From: Syntrophales bacterium | GTDB taxonomy: Bacteria; Desulfobacterota; Syntrophia; Syntrophales; UBA2210 | NCBI GenBank assembly: GCA_963662405.2 | Contig: CAXXKT010000001.1 | Span: 2,272,001 to 2,336,000 of the forward strand | Direction: 5' to 3' | Length of the DNA stretch: 64,000 nucleotides | In this document: one piece after another, positions 48,808 through 59,419 of the stretch | Numbering within the stretch: position 1 is the stretch's first letter | Layout: each line of letters opens with the position of its first letter | Position numbers and translations under genes: made by a program | The notes under the pieces: generated by a model | Databases searched by the model: none | Told to the model about the DNA's origin: nothing | Seen by the model: only the letters and a program-made list of their open reading frames with translations

Positions 48808-50289
48808 ATGGAAACCATTGTATCCGTCAAGCCGCTGCTCGCTATCATCGTTTCGCTCTGTGGTTCGCTTCTTATTGTCGTCTGTGGCAGGAAACCCAAC
48901 CTGAGAGAAGGGTGCTCCCTGACAATCGCACTGATCAAATTCGGCATCGTTCTTTCCATGCTGCCGGCGGTCCTTGCCGGAAAGAGGCTTGCCTTTACCC
49001 TGGTTGATGTCCTCCCCGGGGTGGGGATTGCCTTCCGGGTCGATTCGTTTGGCCTTCTCTTCGCGTTGGTGGCATCTTCCCTGTGGATCGTTACGACCAT
49101 CTATTCCATCGGCTATATGCGGCCGCTGAAGGAACACGCGCAGACGAGGTACTTTACCTTTTTCGCCCTGGCCCTCTCGTCGGCCGTCGGTGTTGCATTT
49201 TCCGCCAATCTCCTCACCTTGTACATGTTTTACGAGATGCTGTCGCTCTCGACCTATTCCCTGGTAACTCACCACCAGGATGCCGAGGCACGGTTTGCCG
49301 GACGAAAGTATCTGACCTATCTGATGGGGACGTCTATCGCCTTTTTCCTCCCGGCGATGATCATTACGTACTGGTATGCGGGGACCCTCGATTTTGCGAA
49401 CCAGGGTATCCTGGCGGGGAAAGCGGGGGGGGCGATGCTGACCCTTGTCTTCGTCCTTTTCATAGCGGGGATCGGAAAGGCAGCCATTATGCCCATTCAT
49501 TCATGGCTTCCTTCCGCCATGGTGGCGCCGACACCGGTCAGCGCCCTTCTGCACGCGGTCGCGGTTGTCAAGGTGGGGGTCTTTTCCGTCCTGAGGGTCT
49601 GCTTCCATATCTTCGGGATCGATCTGATGCATGCGCTCTCCCTGGATGTCTTTCTCCTCTATTTGATATCAGTGACCATCATTGTCGGCTCGCTTTTCGC
49701 CCTGAGACAGGATGATCTGAAGGCACGACTTGCCTATTCGACAGTCAGCCAGCTTTCCTATATCGTTATGGCCGGAGGGTTGCTGAGCGTCATGGGGATG
49801 ACGGGAGGGGTGATTCACATCGTCATGCACGCCTTCGGCAAAATCACCCTCTTCTTTTGCGCCGGTGCCATCATCTCCCATACCGGCTTCAAGAAGATCA
49901 GCGAGATGAAGGGGATCGGAAAGATGATGCCCGTTACCATGACGGCCTTCTTCTTCGGGTCGCTGAGCGTCATCGGTATTCCTCCGATGGGCGGCTTCAT
50001 CAGTAAGTGGTACCTCGCCTTGGGGTGTATCGAGGCGGGGCAGATCCCGATACTGGTGGTGATCCTGACCAGTTCGCTCTTGAATGCAGCCTACTTTCTG
50101 CCGATAACGTATGATGCCTTTTTCTCACAGGGCTCCAACTTTGATGCCTCGACCCGCATGAATGAAGCACATATCTGTGCGGTCATTCCGCCCGTTTTGA
50201 CCGCTGCTGCCTCCTTTATGTTGTTTGTCCGGCCGGGATTCCTTCTTGAACTGGCGCGGATGACCGCGAAGGCCGTCATGGGCGGATAG
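48808..50289 (+). CDS. Mrp/Mnh antiporter subunit, D-like or short A-like
   Basis: FYEML, HSWLPSAMVAPTPVSALLH, LAYSTVSQL, HAFGK, GFISKW. Confidence 0.88.
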   Translation: METIVSVKPLLAIIVSLCGSLLIVVCGRKPNLREGCSLTIALIKFGIVLSMLPAVLAGKRLAFTLVDVLPGVGIAFRVDSFGLLFALVASSLWIVTTIYSIGYMRPLKEHAQTRYFTFFALALSSAVGVAFSANLLTLYMFYEMLSLSTYSLVTHHQDAEARFAGRKYLTYLMGTSIAFFLPAMIITYWYAGTLDFANQGILAGKAGGAMLTLVFVLFIAGIGKAAIMPIHSWLPSAMVAPTPVSALLHAVAVVKVGVFSVLRVCFHIFGIDLMHALSLDVFLLYLISVTIIVGSLFALRQDDLKARLAYSTVSQLSYIVMAGGLLSVMGMTGGVIHIVMHAFGKITLFFCAGAIISHTGFKKISEMKGIGKMMPVTMTAFFFGSLSVIGIPPMGGFISKWYLALGCIEAGQIPILVVILTSSLLNAAYFLPITYDAFFSQGSNFDASTRMNEAHICAVIPPVLTAAASFMLFVRPGFLLELARMTAKAVMGG

Positions 50290-50338
50290 GATGATTCGTA
50301 CCATTTCCCTCCCCCCGTGGGGATAGAGGACAGCGATC

Positions 50339-52798
50339 ATGCCGGAGACCCGGAAAGACGAGCGCATGTGGACGAAGGCCAAGACCTTCGAAATGGTGAA
50401 GATCTTTTTTCTCCTTATCGTTATCCCCATGGTCTTGATGGCCGTTCTCGTGTTCAATGGTACCTCCCTGAATGGAAACCTGGTGACGAAGCAGGAAGCG
50501 GTGTCTCAGTCGGCAACCGGGGTAGCTTCTGTGGGCGAACCGGATGTGCCGCAGGGCGATCGGAGTGCCTGGTACCGAGTTGTTGTTCTCATCCTCACTC
50601 TTTCCGTTATCCTTCTCCTTTTGATAGCGGCGCTCCTCTCAAGGGGCATTTCCCGACAGTATCGGGTTATCGCCGAAGAGCGCGCTCGCCGTATTGAGAT
50701 GGTTGAGCGGGAATACCAGGAGAAAGAATGGACCCTCCTCCAGATCGTCCAGGGGAGTACCATCCCCACTTTTGTCATAGACAAAAACCACGTTATTACC
50801 CGATGGAACACGGCCCTTGAACGGCTCACCGGATATACGGCCGACGAGATGATCGGGACAAAGAAACACTGGCAGGCCTTCTACACGGGGGAGAAGCCGA
50901 TCATGGCGGACCTGATCGTCGATAATGTGAGCGAGGAAGAGATAAAGAAATATTACGGTGCCCGGGGACGCCGGTCCCCTTTTATTGAAGGGGCATTCGA
51001 GGCGGAAGACTTTTACCCACAGATGGGTGAGAACGGGAGGTGGATCTATTTCACGGCGGCCCCGATACGGGATCCCGACGGGAACATCTCCGGCGCGATC
51101 GAGACCTGTTGGGATCGGACCGATTCCAAGCTGCTGTACGATGAGCGCGAGAAGCATCTCAGGCACCTCTCGGTCTTGTGGAACGTAACGTCGATCCTGA
51201 GTTCCACGCTTGATCCCTTTGAGCGTGTCCGTGTTGCCGGAGTCGGTATCTTCAAGAATGTCGAAGATATTGATAGTCTCGGTGTCTATCTGCGGAGGAA
51301 GAGAGGCTCTTTTCGTGTCACGCATTCCTTCGGGTACAGCCAGGAGATTTATCAAGAGGGAAGCGCCGGGGGGTATGACGGCATCGTTGATCAAGTGGCG
51401 AAAGTAAACAAAATCATGTATTTTGAAGATGTCTCCGCCGACAACACCCCCTGCAAGGAGTTCCTGGATGAGGGGTTGAAGTCCGTTGCGTACCTCCCTC
51501 TTGCCTCCAAGGAGAATGTCTTCGGTGTCATGAGGGCATCAAGCCACACATCACCCCGTTTTTCGGCCGAAGATAAAAACCTCTTCCCCGTGATTACCAA
51601 CCATGTTGCCTTGGCGATTGAGAATGCTCGGCTTCACTATGAGGCGGAGAAGTTCAGCCACGATCTGGAACGAAAGGTCAAGGAGAAGACACGGGAACTG
51701 AAGGAATCGTATCGGGAGCTGAAAAAATCAGAAGAAAACTATCGAGCCATGTTCGATGCCGATCCCAGTCCCATTATCATCGTTGACCGGGAGACCTTCA
51801 AGATACTCGATGTAAATGCAACGGCCGTCGAGTGCTACGGATATTCGAAGGATGAGTTTGTGGGGAGGTCCTTCGAATCCCTGGGGGCCAACATTGACCA
51901 AGAGGTCCTGGAAGGGCTTGAGACGATCTCTTCCAATCAGTCGGCATTCTATTCCCGGAGGCTCTACCGGCGAAAGGACAGGTCTTCTTTCTATGTCAAC
52001 CTCCACGTCAGCGCGGTCATGTCTATGGGAAGGGATTCTTTGATCGTGGTGACTCCCGATGTCAGCGAGAGTGTGGAAAAGGAGACTCAGTTGATACAAG
52101 CCAGTAAGATGGCCACCTTGGGGACCATGGCATCAGGGATCGCCCACGAGATCACTCAGCCTCTGAATGTGATCCAGGTCGCCTCCGATTTCCTGGTAAA
52201 GACCATAACGCGCAATGGAGAGATCAGGAAAGATGACATCATCACCGTGGCCGGTCAGATCGAGAAAAATGTTCAGCGGGCGGCCCAGACCATTAAACAT
52301 ATGAAAGACTTTGTCAGGAAATCGGATGTCAAGGGCGATAAAATCGATATCAATAGTCCCATTAGGGATATCTTCAAGATCCTCGGACAACAGTTGAAGG
52401 TTCACGGAATAGGTGTTGAACTGAACCTTGCGGAGGACCTCCCCCCGATCTTTGCCGATCACAACCGTTTGGAGCAGGTCTTTATGAATCTGGTTACCAA
52501 CGCCAGAGATGCCCTGGATGAAAGCACTAACCGCGATGATAAGATGATTACGATCACGTCTTTTCTGGAAAAGGACCTGGTGGTGATCACGATGTCCGAT
52601 AACGGGATCGGTATGCCTGAAAACGTGAAGGATAAGATGTTCGAACCCTTTTTTACCACGAAACGGCCGGGGGAAGGGACGGGTTTGGGACTGAGCATCA
52701 GCTACGGTATCGTCACCGAGTACGGCGGTACCATCTCGGTAGAGAGCGAAGCGGGGAGGGGGACGGTATTCCGATTGACTTTCCCTGTGGCTGCCTGA
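50339..52798 (+). CDS. Membrane sensor histidine kinase (2 TM, PAS, GAF, PAS, HisKA, HATPase)
   Basis: GIAHEITQP, NARDA, DNGIG, FFTTK, GTGLGL. Confidence 0.9.
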   Translation: MPETRKDERMWTKAKTFEMVKIFFLLIVIPMVLMAVLVFNGTSLNGNLVTKQEAVSQSATGVASVGEPDVPQGDRSAWYRVVVLILTLSVILLLLIAALLSRGISRQYRVIAEERARRIEMVEREYQEKEWTLLQIVQGSTIPTFVIDKNHVITRWNTALERLTGYTADEMIGTKKHWQAFYTGEKPIMADLIVDNVSEEEIKKYYGARGRRSPFIEGAFEAEDFYPQMGENGRWIYFTAAPIRDPDGNISGAIETCWDRTDSKLLYDEREKHLRHLSVLWNVTSILSSTLDPFERVRVAGVGIFKNVEDIDSLGVYLRRKRGSFRVTHSFGYSQEIYQEGSAGGYDGIVDQVAKVNKIMYFEDVSADNTPCKEFLDEGLKSVAYLPLASKENVFGVMRASSHTSPRFSAEDKNLFPVITNHVALAIENARLHYEAEKFSHDLERKVKEKTRELKESYRELKKSEENYRAMFDADPSPIIIVDRETFKILDVNATAVECYGYSKDEFVGRSFESLGANIDQEVLEGLETISSNQSAFYSRRLYRRKDRSSFYVNLHVSAVMSMGRDSLIVVTPDVSESVEKETQLIQASKMATLGTMASGIAHEITQPLNVIQVASDFLVKTITRNGEIRKDDIITVAGQIEKNVQRAAQTIKHMKDFVRKSDVKGDKIDINSPIRDIFKILGQQLKVHGIGVELNLAEDLPPIFADHNRLEQVFMNLVTNARDALDESTNRDDKMITITSFLEKDLVVITMSDNGIGMPENVKDKMFEPFFTTKRPGEGTGLGLSISYGIVTEYGGTISVESEAGRGTVFRLTFPVAA

Positions 52799-52932
52799 TT
52801 TTTCTCCGGCAAGGATCCTTGATCGAAGAAACGGGATATGTTCCCCAGTTTCAATAGCTTTTGCGTCTGATATGAGGACATATGTGATAGATCTTATCTT
52901 TACAGCGATGGTTGGTGGGTTGAGAGAGTGCC

Positions 52933-54474
52933 ATGGATATGAACAAAATTTTACTGATCGATGATGAGGAGGATATCCTGGATGTCCTCTCCCTCTCTCT
53001 GAGGGGTGACGGGTATGATGTCATTACCGCCGTCTCGGGCGAGGAGGGCCTTGCGGCCTTCGAAAAAGAATCCCCCCCCATTATCCTGACCGATCTGAAG
53101 ATGCCGGGTATGGACGGGCTCGAGGTCTTAAAGAGAGTTAAAGTCGGCAACCCCGATACCGAAGTGATCGTTATAACCGGTCACGGAGACATGGATTCCG
53201 CCATCGATGCCCTCCGGTACGGTGCTTCTGACTTCGTCAATAAACCGGTCAGGGAAGAGGCACTCCAGATCGCCCTGAAGCGGGCCAAGGAAAAATTGGT
53301 GATCCGGGAAAAACTGAGGGCGTACACACTCGATCTTGAAAATATGTGCCATATCGCCATCGGTGAGGTGAAGCGAAAATCCGATTTTCAGGACAAACTG
53401 ATCACCCGTTCCAATGATGGAATTGTAGCGACGGATGAAAACGGCATCGTGGTGATATTCAATCCGGGGGCGGAGGCTATCTTTGGTGTGCCCCGGATTG
53501 ATGTCGTGCGGAAGATGGATTATGAGGATCTGTTTCCTCCGGAAATAGTAGATCTGTTCAGCTTGATGCTCAAAAAAGGAAAAGATATGGGGGATGTGGG
53601 GTGGCAGGAGCTTGTCCTCCGTCGAGAGGAGAGCGGTGATGTCCCCATCCGATTTTCCGCCGCGCTCCTGTATGATGGTGACGATATCATCGGCAGTGTG
53701 GGTTTTTTTCAAGATCTCAGAGAGATAAAACACCTTGAGCAGGAACTGGTCAGGTCCGAAAGACTGGCCGCAATCGGTCAAACGGTTGCCCGGCTGGCAC
53801 ACTACATCAAAAATATCCTGACCGGTCTCAAAGGGGGTACCTATATCGTCAATATTGGTCTTGACAAGAATGATACCGATAAGCTAAGAACGGGCTGGTA
53901 TATGGTGGAGAAGAATGTCGGGCGCGTGTCTTCGCTCGTTTTTGACCTTCTCACCTACTCCAAGGGGCGTGCGCCGGAGTATAGAAATTGCCAGCCGAAC
54001 GATATCGCCGAGGATGTCTGTGAACTATCGGAAGGTATGGCGATGGAGAACCAAATCAAGATCGTGAGAGATTTCGCCCCGGACGTGAAAGAGGTATTGA
54101 TGGACCCGGACATGGTCCATCGCACGCTCCTTAATCTGGTTTCAAATGCCGTTGATGCCTGTATATTCGATCTTGATAATAGCAAGGATCATAAGGTCAG
54201 AGTCACAACCCGACTTGAAAAGGGCAACATCGTCAGGTTTGAGGTGATCGATAACGGTTGCGGGATGAGCGATGAGGTCAGGGAAAAGATATTTACGACC
54301 TTCTTCAGCACCAAGGGGGGGAAGGGGACCGGTCTGGGACTTCTGGTCATTCAAAAACTGGTGGAAGAGCATCAGGGGAGTATCGAGATAGACTCTGAGG
54401 TTGGAAAGGGATCAACCTTTACGGTACGAATTCCCTATAAGAAGGCGCATAAGGGTACGGGCGTGGCTCACTGA
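52933..54474 (+). CDS. Hybrid receiver-PAS-histidine kinase
   Basis: LIDDE, DLKMP, NKP; LAHYIKN, NAVDA, DNGCG, GTGLGL. Confidence 0.9.
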   Translation: MDMNKILLIDDEEDILDVLSLSLRGDGYDVITAVSGEEGLAAFEKESPPIILTDLKMPGMDGLEVLKRVKVGNPDTEVIVITGHGDMDSAIDALRYGASDFVNKPVREEALQIALKRAKEKLVIREKLRAYTLDLENMCHIAIGEVKRKSDFQDKLITRSNDGIVATDENGIVVIFNPGAEAIFGVPRIDVVRKMDYEDLFPPEIVDLFSLMLKKGKDMGDVGWQELVLRREESGDVPIRFSAALLYDGDDIIGSVGFFQDLREIKHLEQELVRSERLAAIGQTVARLAHYIKNILTGLKGGTYIVNIGLDKNDTDKLRTGWYMVEKNVGRVSSLVFDLLTYSKGRAPEYRNCQPNDIAEDVCELSEGMAMENQIKIVRDFAPDVKEVLMDPDMVHRTLLNLVSNAVDACIFDLDNSKDHKVRVTTRLEKGNIVRFEVIDNGCGMSDEVREKIFTTFFSTKGGKGTGLGLLVIQKLVEEHQGSIEIDSEVGKGSTFTVRIPYKKAHKGTGVAH

Positions 54475-54558
54475 ACCACGATAGGCAGAAGCGATTACTG
54501 TAGACACGAACAACTCGAGACTCACGATGTGAGATTCTACCGATGAAGGAGGCCTGTA

Positions 54559-54951
54559 ATGTCAAAGAGAGTTCTTACCGTTGACGATGACCCCGATATC
54601 AGCATATTTGTCAAGACGGTCTTGGAGGAGAATGGATATACTCCCCTGGTGGCACGAAACGGGGAGGCGGGGCTTTCTCTGGCGAGAGACGAGGCCCCCG
54701 ATCTGATCATCCTTGATGTGCTCATGCCCAAGCAGAGCGGTATCCGCATGTACCGTGAGCTGAAGAGTGATGATTCTCTTAAGGACATCCCGGTTGTTAT
54801 CCTCTCGGGGATTGCAAAACGCACATTTCTCCGCTCACAGGAGGCGCTCACCGAGTTCGGTGATCAACCGGTCCCTGAACCGGATGTATATATAGAAAAG
54901 CCGGTAGAACCGCTGGAACTGGCGGAAACGGTCAAGAGGCTGATAGGGTAG
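54559..54951 (+). CDS. Single-domain response regulator
   Basis: VDDD, ILDVLMP, EKP. Confidence 0.9.
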   Translation: MSKRVLTVDDDPDISIFVKTVLEENGYTPLVARNGEAGLSLARDEAPDLIILDVLMPKQSGIRMYRELKSDDSLKDIPVVILSGIAKRTFLRSQEALTEFGDQPVPEPDVYIEKPVEPLELAETVKRLIG

Positions 54952-54993
54952 ATACGCACGACAACAGATACGGGATACGTGAAGAAGGATACG

Positions 54994-55875
54994 ATGAAAG
55001 ATAAAAAACTACTCTTTGTGACTCAGTTTGAAGGGTTGTGGTTCGATGCCCTTCAGTCGTTGATGGACCTGAGAAAGGCGGGGTTCAACCACACGGTATT
55101 TTTACATGTCATCGAGCGTGAGAAGGTCGCCATGCACCGCGGGAAGGGGTATCTCAAGGACGAGGAGGTCCGGCTTCGCGAGATGGCGAATGTCCGCTTT
55201 ATCGATTGGGCGGAGAGCCTTTTTGAACAGGGAATGGAAGTGGGGGCCTATATCGTGGTGGGGAACCCGATCCCCAAGATCATATCCACGGCGGCGGAGG
55301 AGGACGTGGATCTTATCGTGACAGGCCGTCACAAGCAGGGGAAGCTCGAAGAACTGTACGGCGGGTCGGAGACCCTCGAGATCCTCGAGCGGACCTCGAC
55401 ACCGGTCCTCGTATATAAATATATGCTTCCCTCCGGGAAGGTGAACGAACGGCCCTTTGAGTGCCCTCTCCTCACCATGGACTGGTCGCCCGCCAGCGAG
55501 AAGGCCGTTGATTATCTCCTGACCTTCAAGGATGTCCTGAAAAAGGTGATCGCCATCCATGTGATCAACGAGAAGGAATTCAAGAGTACGTCGGCAATGG
55601 AGATTCAGTCACTTCGGAAAGAAAACAAGCAAAAACTGGAAGAGGTGTGTGCAACCTTTGAGAAAGCGGGTGTGGAAGCCGAGTCACATCTCTATGTGGG
55701 CAGCACCTTTGAGCAGATAGAAAAAGCGGCGAATGAACGAGAGGCAACGATGATCGTTGCCGGTACAACAGGTAAAAACCCCTTGAAAGAGATGTTCCTG
55801 GGATCTGTTGCCACAAAACTGACGAAACATTCAGTGCTTCCGAGTCTGCTGGTTCCTGCGAGTGTCACGATGTAA
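54994..55875 (+). CDS. Universal stress protein, tandem USP domains
   Basis: DLIVTGRH..GGSET, DWSPAS, IVAGTTG..FLGSVA; start 54979 or 54994. Confidence 0.88.
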   Translation: MKDKKLLFVTQFEGLWFDALQSLMDLRKAGFNHTVFLHVIEREKVAMHRGKGYLKDEEVRLREMANVRFIDWAESLFEQGMEVGAYIVVGNPIPKIISTAAEEDVDLIVTGRHKQGKLEELYGGSETLEILERTSTPVLVYKYMLPSGKVNERPFECPLLTMDWSPASEKAVDYLLTFKDVLKKVIAIHVINEKEFKSTSAMEIQSLRKENKQKLEEVCATFEKAGVEAESHLYVGSTFEQIEKAANEREATMIVAGTTGKNPLKEMFLGSVATKLTKHSVLPSLLVPASVTM

Positions 55876-55921
55876 GATGTAGCGTGGGGGACATTTCCAT
55901 CGGGGGGGTAATGCGCTAAAA

Positions 55922-56665
55922 TTGCTATACGTAACTGATCTGAGCGGGTGCGATTCGCCTTTTGGTGCCCTGAAGGAACTTGTGCCCCTGCAGAAAAAAC
56001 TCTTTGACCGTATTGTCTTTGCCTTCCCCGCCTCTTCGCAAGGGGGGGGAGGTGATCTTCCCGATCCGGGAATTCCCTTCACGACAAAGACCATGGCAGA
56101 TATTTCCTTTCGAGAGGTCATTGCCGCCGCTCGTGAGGATGGTGCGTCCAGTATCGTTGTCAACTGCGAGACGGAAGCCCACGAGGCGACCCTGAGAGGG
56201 CTCGCCGCGAATTCACCCGTCCCGGTCCTTGTTATTGACCGAGGTGCACCGACCGAGGGACTCTTGAACCACGTCATCTTCGCCACCGACTGGTCTCCCT
56301 CTTCCGAGAAGGCCATGGAGCTGATCATCGCCTGTTCCGATTTTATCTATGAGTTGGACATTATTCACGTCATCAGCGAAAAGCTGACCGTGAAAGACAT
56401 GCGGGAACTCAAAGAGAAGTTGGAACACACCAGAAAGGTCTGTCTGAACGAGGGAATCAATGCGGAGTCGCACATCTATGCCGGTGATGTGGTGGAAGAG
56501 ATCTTAACGGCATCCGAGGATTACCGGGGGAGCGTGATCGTCGTGGGGGCAGACACCCGGAGGACCTTCATGGAACGGGTATGCAAGAGAAGCAGGGTCT
56601 ATTCGCTGTTACAACAGGCGGCCCTGCCCGTCTTCTTCGTTCCGTTTGCCGCAGGGGGGGATTGA
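55922..56665 (+). CDS. Universal stress protein with degenerate N-terminal domain
   Basis: IFATDWSPSS, IHVI, ESHIYAG, VIVVG, LPVFFVP; start uncertain. Confidence 0.75.
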   Translation: MLYVTDLSGCDSPFGALKELVPLQKKLFDRIVFAFPASSQGGGGDLPDPGIPFTTKTMADISFREVIAAAREDGASSIVVNCETEAHEATLRGLAANSPVPVLVIDRGAPTEGLLNHVIFATDWSPSSEKAMELIIACSDFIYELDIIHVISEKLTVKDMRELKEKLEHTRKVCLNEGINAESHIYAGDVVEEILTASEDYRGSVIVVGADTRRTFMERVCKRSRVYSLLQQAALPVFFVPFAAGGD

Positions 56666-56669
56666 GGCT

Positions 56670-57392
56670 ATGGAAGTAACATTGTTTATCCATGCGGCGG
56701 ACGATGCCTTTCGTATCATTGAAAACGCGAAGGTGCAGGCCGTCGGCCTCCTCGATACGGCCACCCGGCTGACATCCGAGACACGGTGGATGGAGGAGAG
56801 AAAGCTCCAGGCCATTCTGAAAGGTGCCCAGGAGACACGGTCCGGTTTTCAGAACTTCCTTGCCACCTTTGTTATGCTGATGGCCTTCTGGGCGCTTCTC
56901 TCGGGGAAGTTCGATGCCTTTCACCTCTCGCTCGGGGTCATCTGTTCCCTGATCGTTGCATACCTCAGCCACGACCTTCTCTTTGCCAATGTGAGGGTGG
57001 GGGACGGTCGCATCATCGCCCGCCGGTTTCTGCGGTACATCCCGTGGCTCTTTCGCGAGATTGTGACGGCCAATTTCCATGTTGCCTACCTCGCCCTGTC
57101 GCCGCGGATGCCGATAAACCCGCAGATTATCAAGTTCAAAACCAAACTGGAGAGTGACATCTCATGGGTAACCCTGGCCAATTCCATAACGCTCACCCCC
57201 GGTACCATCACGATCGATATAGAGAATCGTGAGTTTATGGTTCACGCCCTTGACCAGAAGGTGGCGGACGACCTGGATACGGGGGAGATGGAAGACCGGG
57301 TGGCGCACATCTTCATGGAGGCCGACCACATCTACATTCAGGATGTGCTGGATGTCTCACGTATATTCGCGGAACTGAAGCGGGGGATCTAG
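56670..57392 (+). CDS. mrpE: Mrp subunit E with N-terminal extension
   Basis: FWALLSG, LANSITLTPGTIT, VHALD. Confidence 0.88.
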   Translation: MEVTLFIHAADDAFRIIENAKVQAVGLLDTATRLTSETRWMEERKLQAILKGAQETRSGFQNFLATFVMLMAFWALLSGKFDAFHLSLGVICSLIVAYLSHDLLFANVRVGDGRIIARRFLRYIPWLFREIVTANFHVAYLALSPRMPINPQIIKFKTKLESDISWVTLANSITLTPGTITIDIENREFMVHALDQKVADDLDTGEMEDRVAHIFMEADHIYIQDVLDVSRIFAELKRGI

Positions 57393-57890
57393 ATGATTAT
57401 CAAGAGCGATGATATTATTATAAAGACCATTGCGCGTATCTTTGTCCCCTTTATCCAACTGTACGCCCTCTACGTCATCATGCACGGTCACTACAGCCCG
57501 GGCGGGGGATTTCAAGGGGGGGTCATCCTGGGGGCGAGCCTGGCGCTGCTCCTGATCACCCACGGCTATGATGAGATGCACCGGCGGATTCCCGAGGGGA
57601 TTGTCATCCTTCTGGGGAGCGTTGGTGTCCTGATCTATGCGGGGATCGGACTGACCTGTCTCCTCCTCGGCGGCAATTATCTGGACTATAGTCAGCTGTC
57701 GGTAATCCTCCACGTTGATACCACCCATGCCCGATCTCTCGGGATACTGGGGGTCGAACTGGGTGTGGGATTCACCGTCATGGCGATCATGTACTCCATC
57801 TTTTTCGATATATCGACGGGCGGCCTTCTCCCCGGGGACGGCAAACAGAGTGGCGAATGGGGAGAACATAAAGAAACAGCCGACCTTTGA
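57393..57890 (+). CDS. mrpB: Mrp subunit B (MnhB domain)
   Basis: HGHYSPGGGFQGG. Confidence 0.88.
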   Translation: MIIKSDDIIIKTIARIFVPFIQLYALYVIMHGHYSPGGGFQGGVILGASLALLLITHGYDEMHRRIPEGIVILLGSVGVLIYAGIGLTCLLLGGNYLDYSQLSVILHVDTTHARSLGILGVELGVGFTVMAIMYSIFFDISTGGLLPGDGKQSGEWGEHKETADL

Positions 57891-57898
57891 GGTTTTCT

Positions 57899-58159
57899 AT
57901 GAATACGTTTTTCGTGGCAGTTGGACTCGGCCTGTGCCTCCTGGTTTTTCTGGTGCTCTATCGGGTGATATTCGGTCCGGGGGTCTTCAACCGCATAGCG
58001 GCCATATCCGCTATCGGCACCAAAACCTTGATCATACTTCTGGTCTTCGGGTATGTTTACCACCGGGTTGATATGTTCATCGATATCAGCATGGTCTACG
58101 CACTCCTCAATTTCATCGGGTGTGTGGCCGCGGCGAAATACCTGGAAATGGAACGGTAG
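57899..58159 (+). CDS. mrpF: Mrp subunit F
   Basis: RVIFGP..FNR, DISMVYALLNF. Confidence 0.85.
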   Translation: MNTFFVAVGLGLCLLVFLVLYRVIFGPGVFNRIAAISAIGTKTLIILLVFGYVYHRVDMFIDISMVYALLNFIGCVAAAKYLEMER

Positions 58160-58163
58160 CGAC

Positions 58164-58478
58164 ATGGAATATATTACCGGTACTCTTGCAATCGTCTGTA
58201 TTCTCGGCGGTCTTTTCTTCTTCACGACCGCGACGATCGGCCTCTTGCGCTTCCCCGATTTTTTCACGCGGCTCCACGCCACGGGGAAGGGGGATACGCT
58301 AGCCGTTTTCCTGTGTCTGATCGGCTTTGCCCTTTACGAGGGGTTATCTCTCACCGCCCTGAAGATCATCTTTATAGCGGTCTTCATGTTTCTGGCCCAG
58401 CCGACGGCGACGCACGCTATATCGCGCGCCGGGATACGCCGCGGGCTCAAGCCGTGGGTAAAAGAGGAAGACCAATGA
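58164..58478 (+). CDS. mrpG: Mrp subunit G
   Basis: GLLRFPDFFTRLHATGK, PTATHAI. Confidence 0.9.
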   Translation: MEYITGTLAIVCILGGLFFFTTATIGLLRFPDFFTRLHATGKGDTLAVFLCLIGFALYEGLSLTALKIIFIAVFMFLAQPTATHAISRAGIRRGLKPWVKEEDQ

Positions 58479-58720
58479 ACATACCCTTTGATATAATTAT
58501 TCAGCTGTTTGTCGTCATGTGTGCAATCGCGGCGATCACCGTCAGGGACCTTTTGAGCGCAGTGATGATACTCGGGGCCTACAGCTTCTTTATGTGCCTC
58601 ATGTGGGCGCAGCTCGGGGCCGTCGACGTCGCCTTTACGGAGGCGTCGGTCAGCGCGGGGATCGGGACGATCCTCTTCATTGCCGCAGTGTTGAAGACGA
58701 CCAGGAGGACAAAAGATTGA
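58475..58720 (+). CDS. DUF4040/MbhD-like subunit (MrpA C-terminal fragment homolog)
   Basis: RDLLSAV, AVDVAFTEA. Confidence 0.82.
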   Translation: MNIPFDIIIQLFVVMCAIAAITVRDLLSAVMILGAYSFFMCLMWAQLGAVDVAFTEASVSAGIGTILFIAAVLKTTRRTKD

Positions 58721-59010
58721 AGATACTGGGTCTGATCGTATCGATTCTTGCGGGAGCGTTTCTCGTATACGGCACTCTCGATATGCCCGACTGGGGTGAT
58801 CCCAATTCGCCTGCCAGTGTTCACGTCTCGCCCCACTATATCACGCATACCGAGGCGGAGATGGCGACGCCGAACATGGTCACCTCCGTCCTTGCCGACT
58901 ACCGGGGGTATGACACCCTTGGTGAGACGACGGTCATCTTCACGGCAGGAATGGCGTGCATCTTGCTGTTGCGGAGACGCGGAGAGGGCAGCAGGAAGAG
59001 TAGACGATAA
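58717..59010 (+). CDS. MbhE-like subunit
   Basis: TTG start overlapping the upstream stop; NMVTSVLADYRGYDTLGE. Confidence 0.8.
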   Translation: MKILGLIVSILAGAFLVYGTLDMPDWGDPNSPASVHVSPHYITHTEAEMATPNMVTSVLADYRGYDTLGETTVIFTAGMACILLLRRRGEGSRKSRR

Positions 59011-59032
59011 AGGAACCCGGGGGGGGAGCGTA

Positions 59033-59419
59033 ATGGATTTCATCATAGCGAAGTACAACTACTGGATCTACATTACCCTGATGATGATCGGCTTCTATGC
59101 GATGATCGCCAAGAACAACCTGATCAAAAAGATCATCGGGATGAATATCTTTCAGACGGCGATTATCCTTTTTTTTATTTCCATTGCCTATAAGAAGGGG
59201 GGGGCGACCCTGCCGATCCTGACTGGAGCGGATGCGCACGCACACGGAGAACACGTCATAGAGGTTTCCCAGTATCTGAATCCTCTCCCCCATGTCCTGA
59301 TGCTGACGGCGATTGTTGTTTCGATCGCGACCCTGGGGGTCGCCCTGGCCATCGCGATTATGATGTATCGTAAATACAAGACCCTGGAAGAGGATGAGAT
59401 CCTGAAGGCAATCAAATGA
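59033..59419 (+). CDS. mrpC: Mrp subunit C
   Basis: NLIKKIIG, NPLPHVLMLTAIVV. Confidence 0.9.
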   Translation: MDFIIAKYNYWIYITLMMIGFYAMIAKNNLIKKIIGMNIFQTAIILFFISIAYKKGGATLPILTGADAHAHGEHVIEVSQYLNPLPHVLMLTAIVVSIATLGVALAIAIMMYRKYKTLEEDEILKAIK

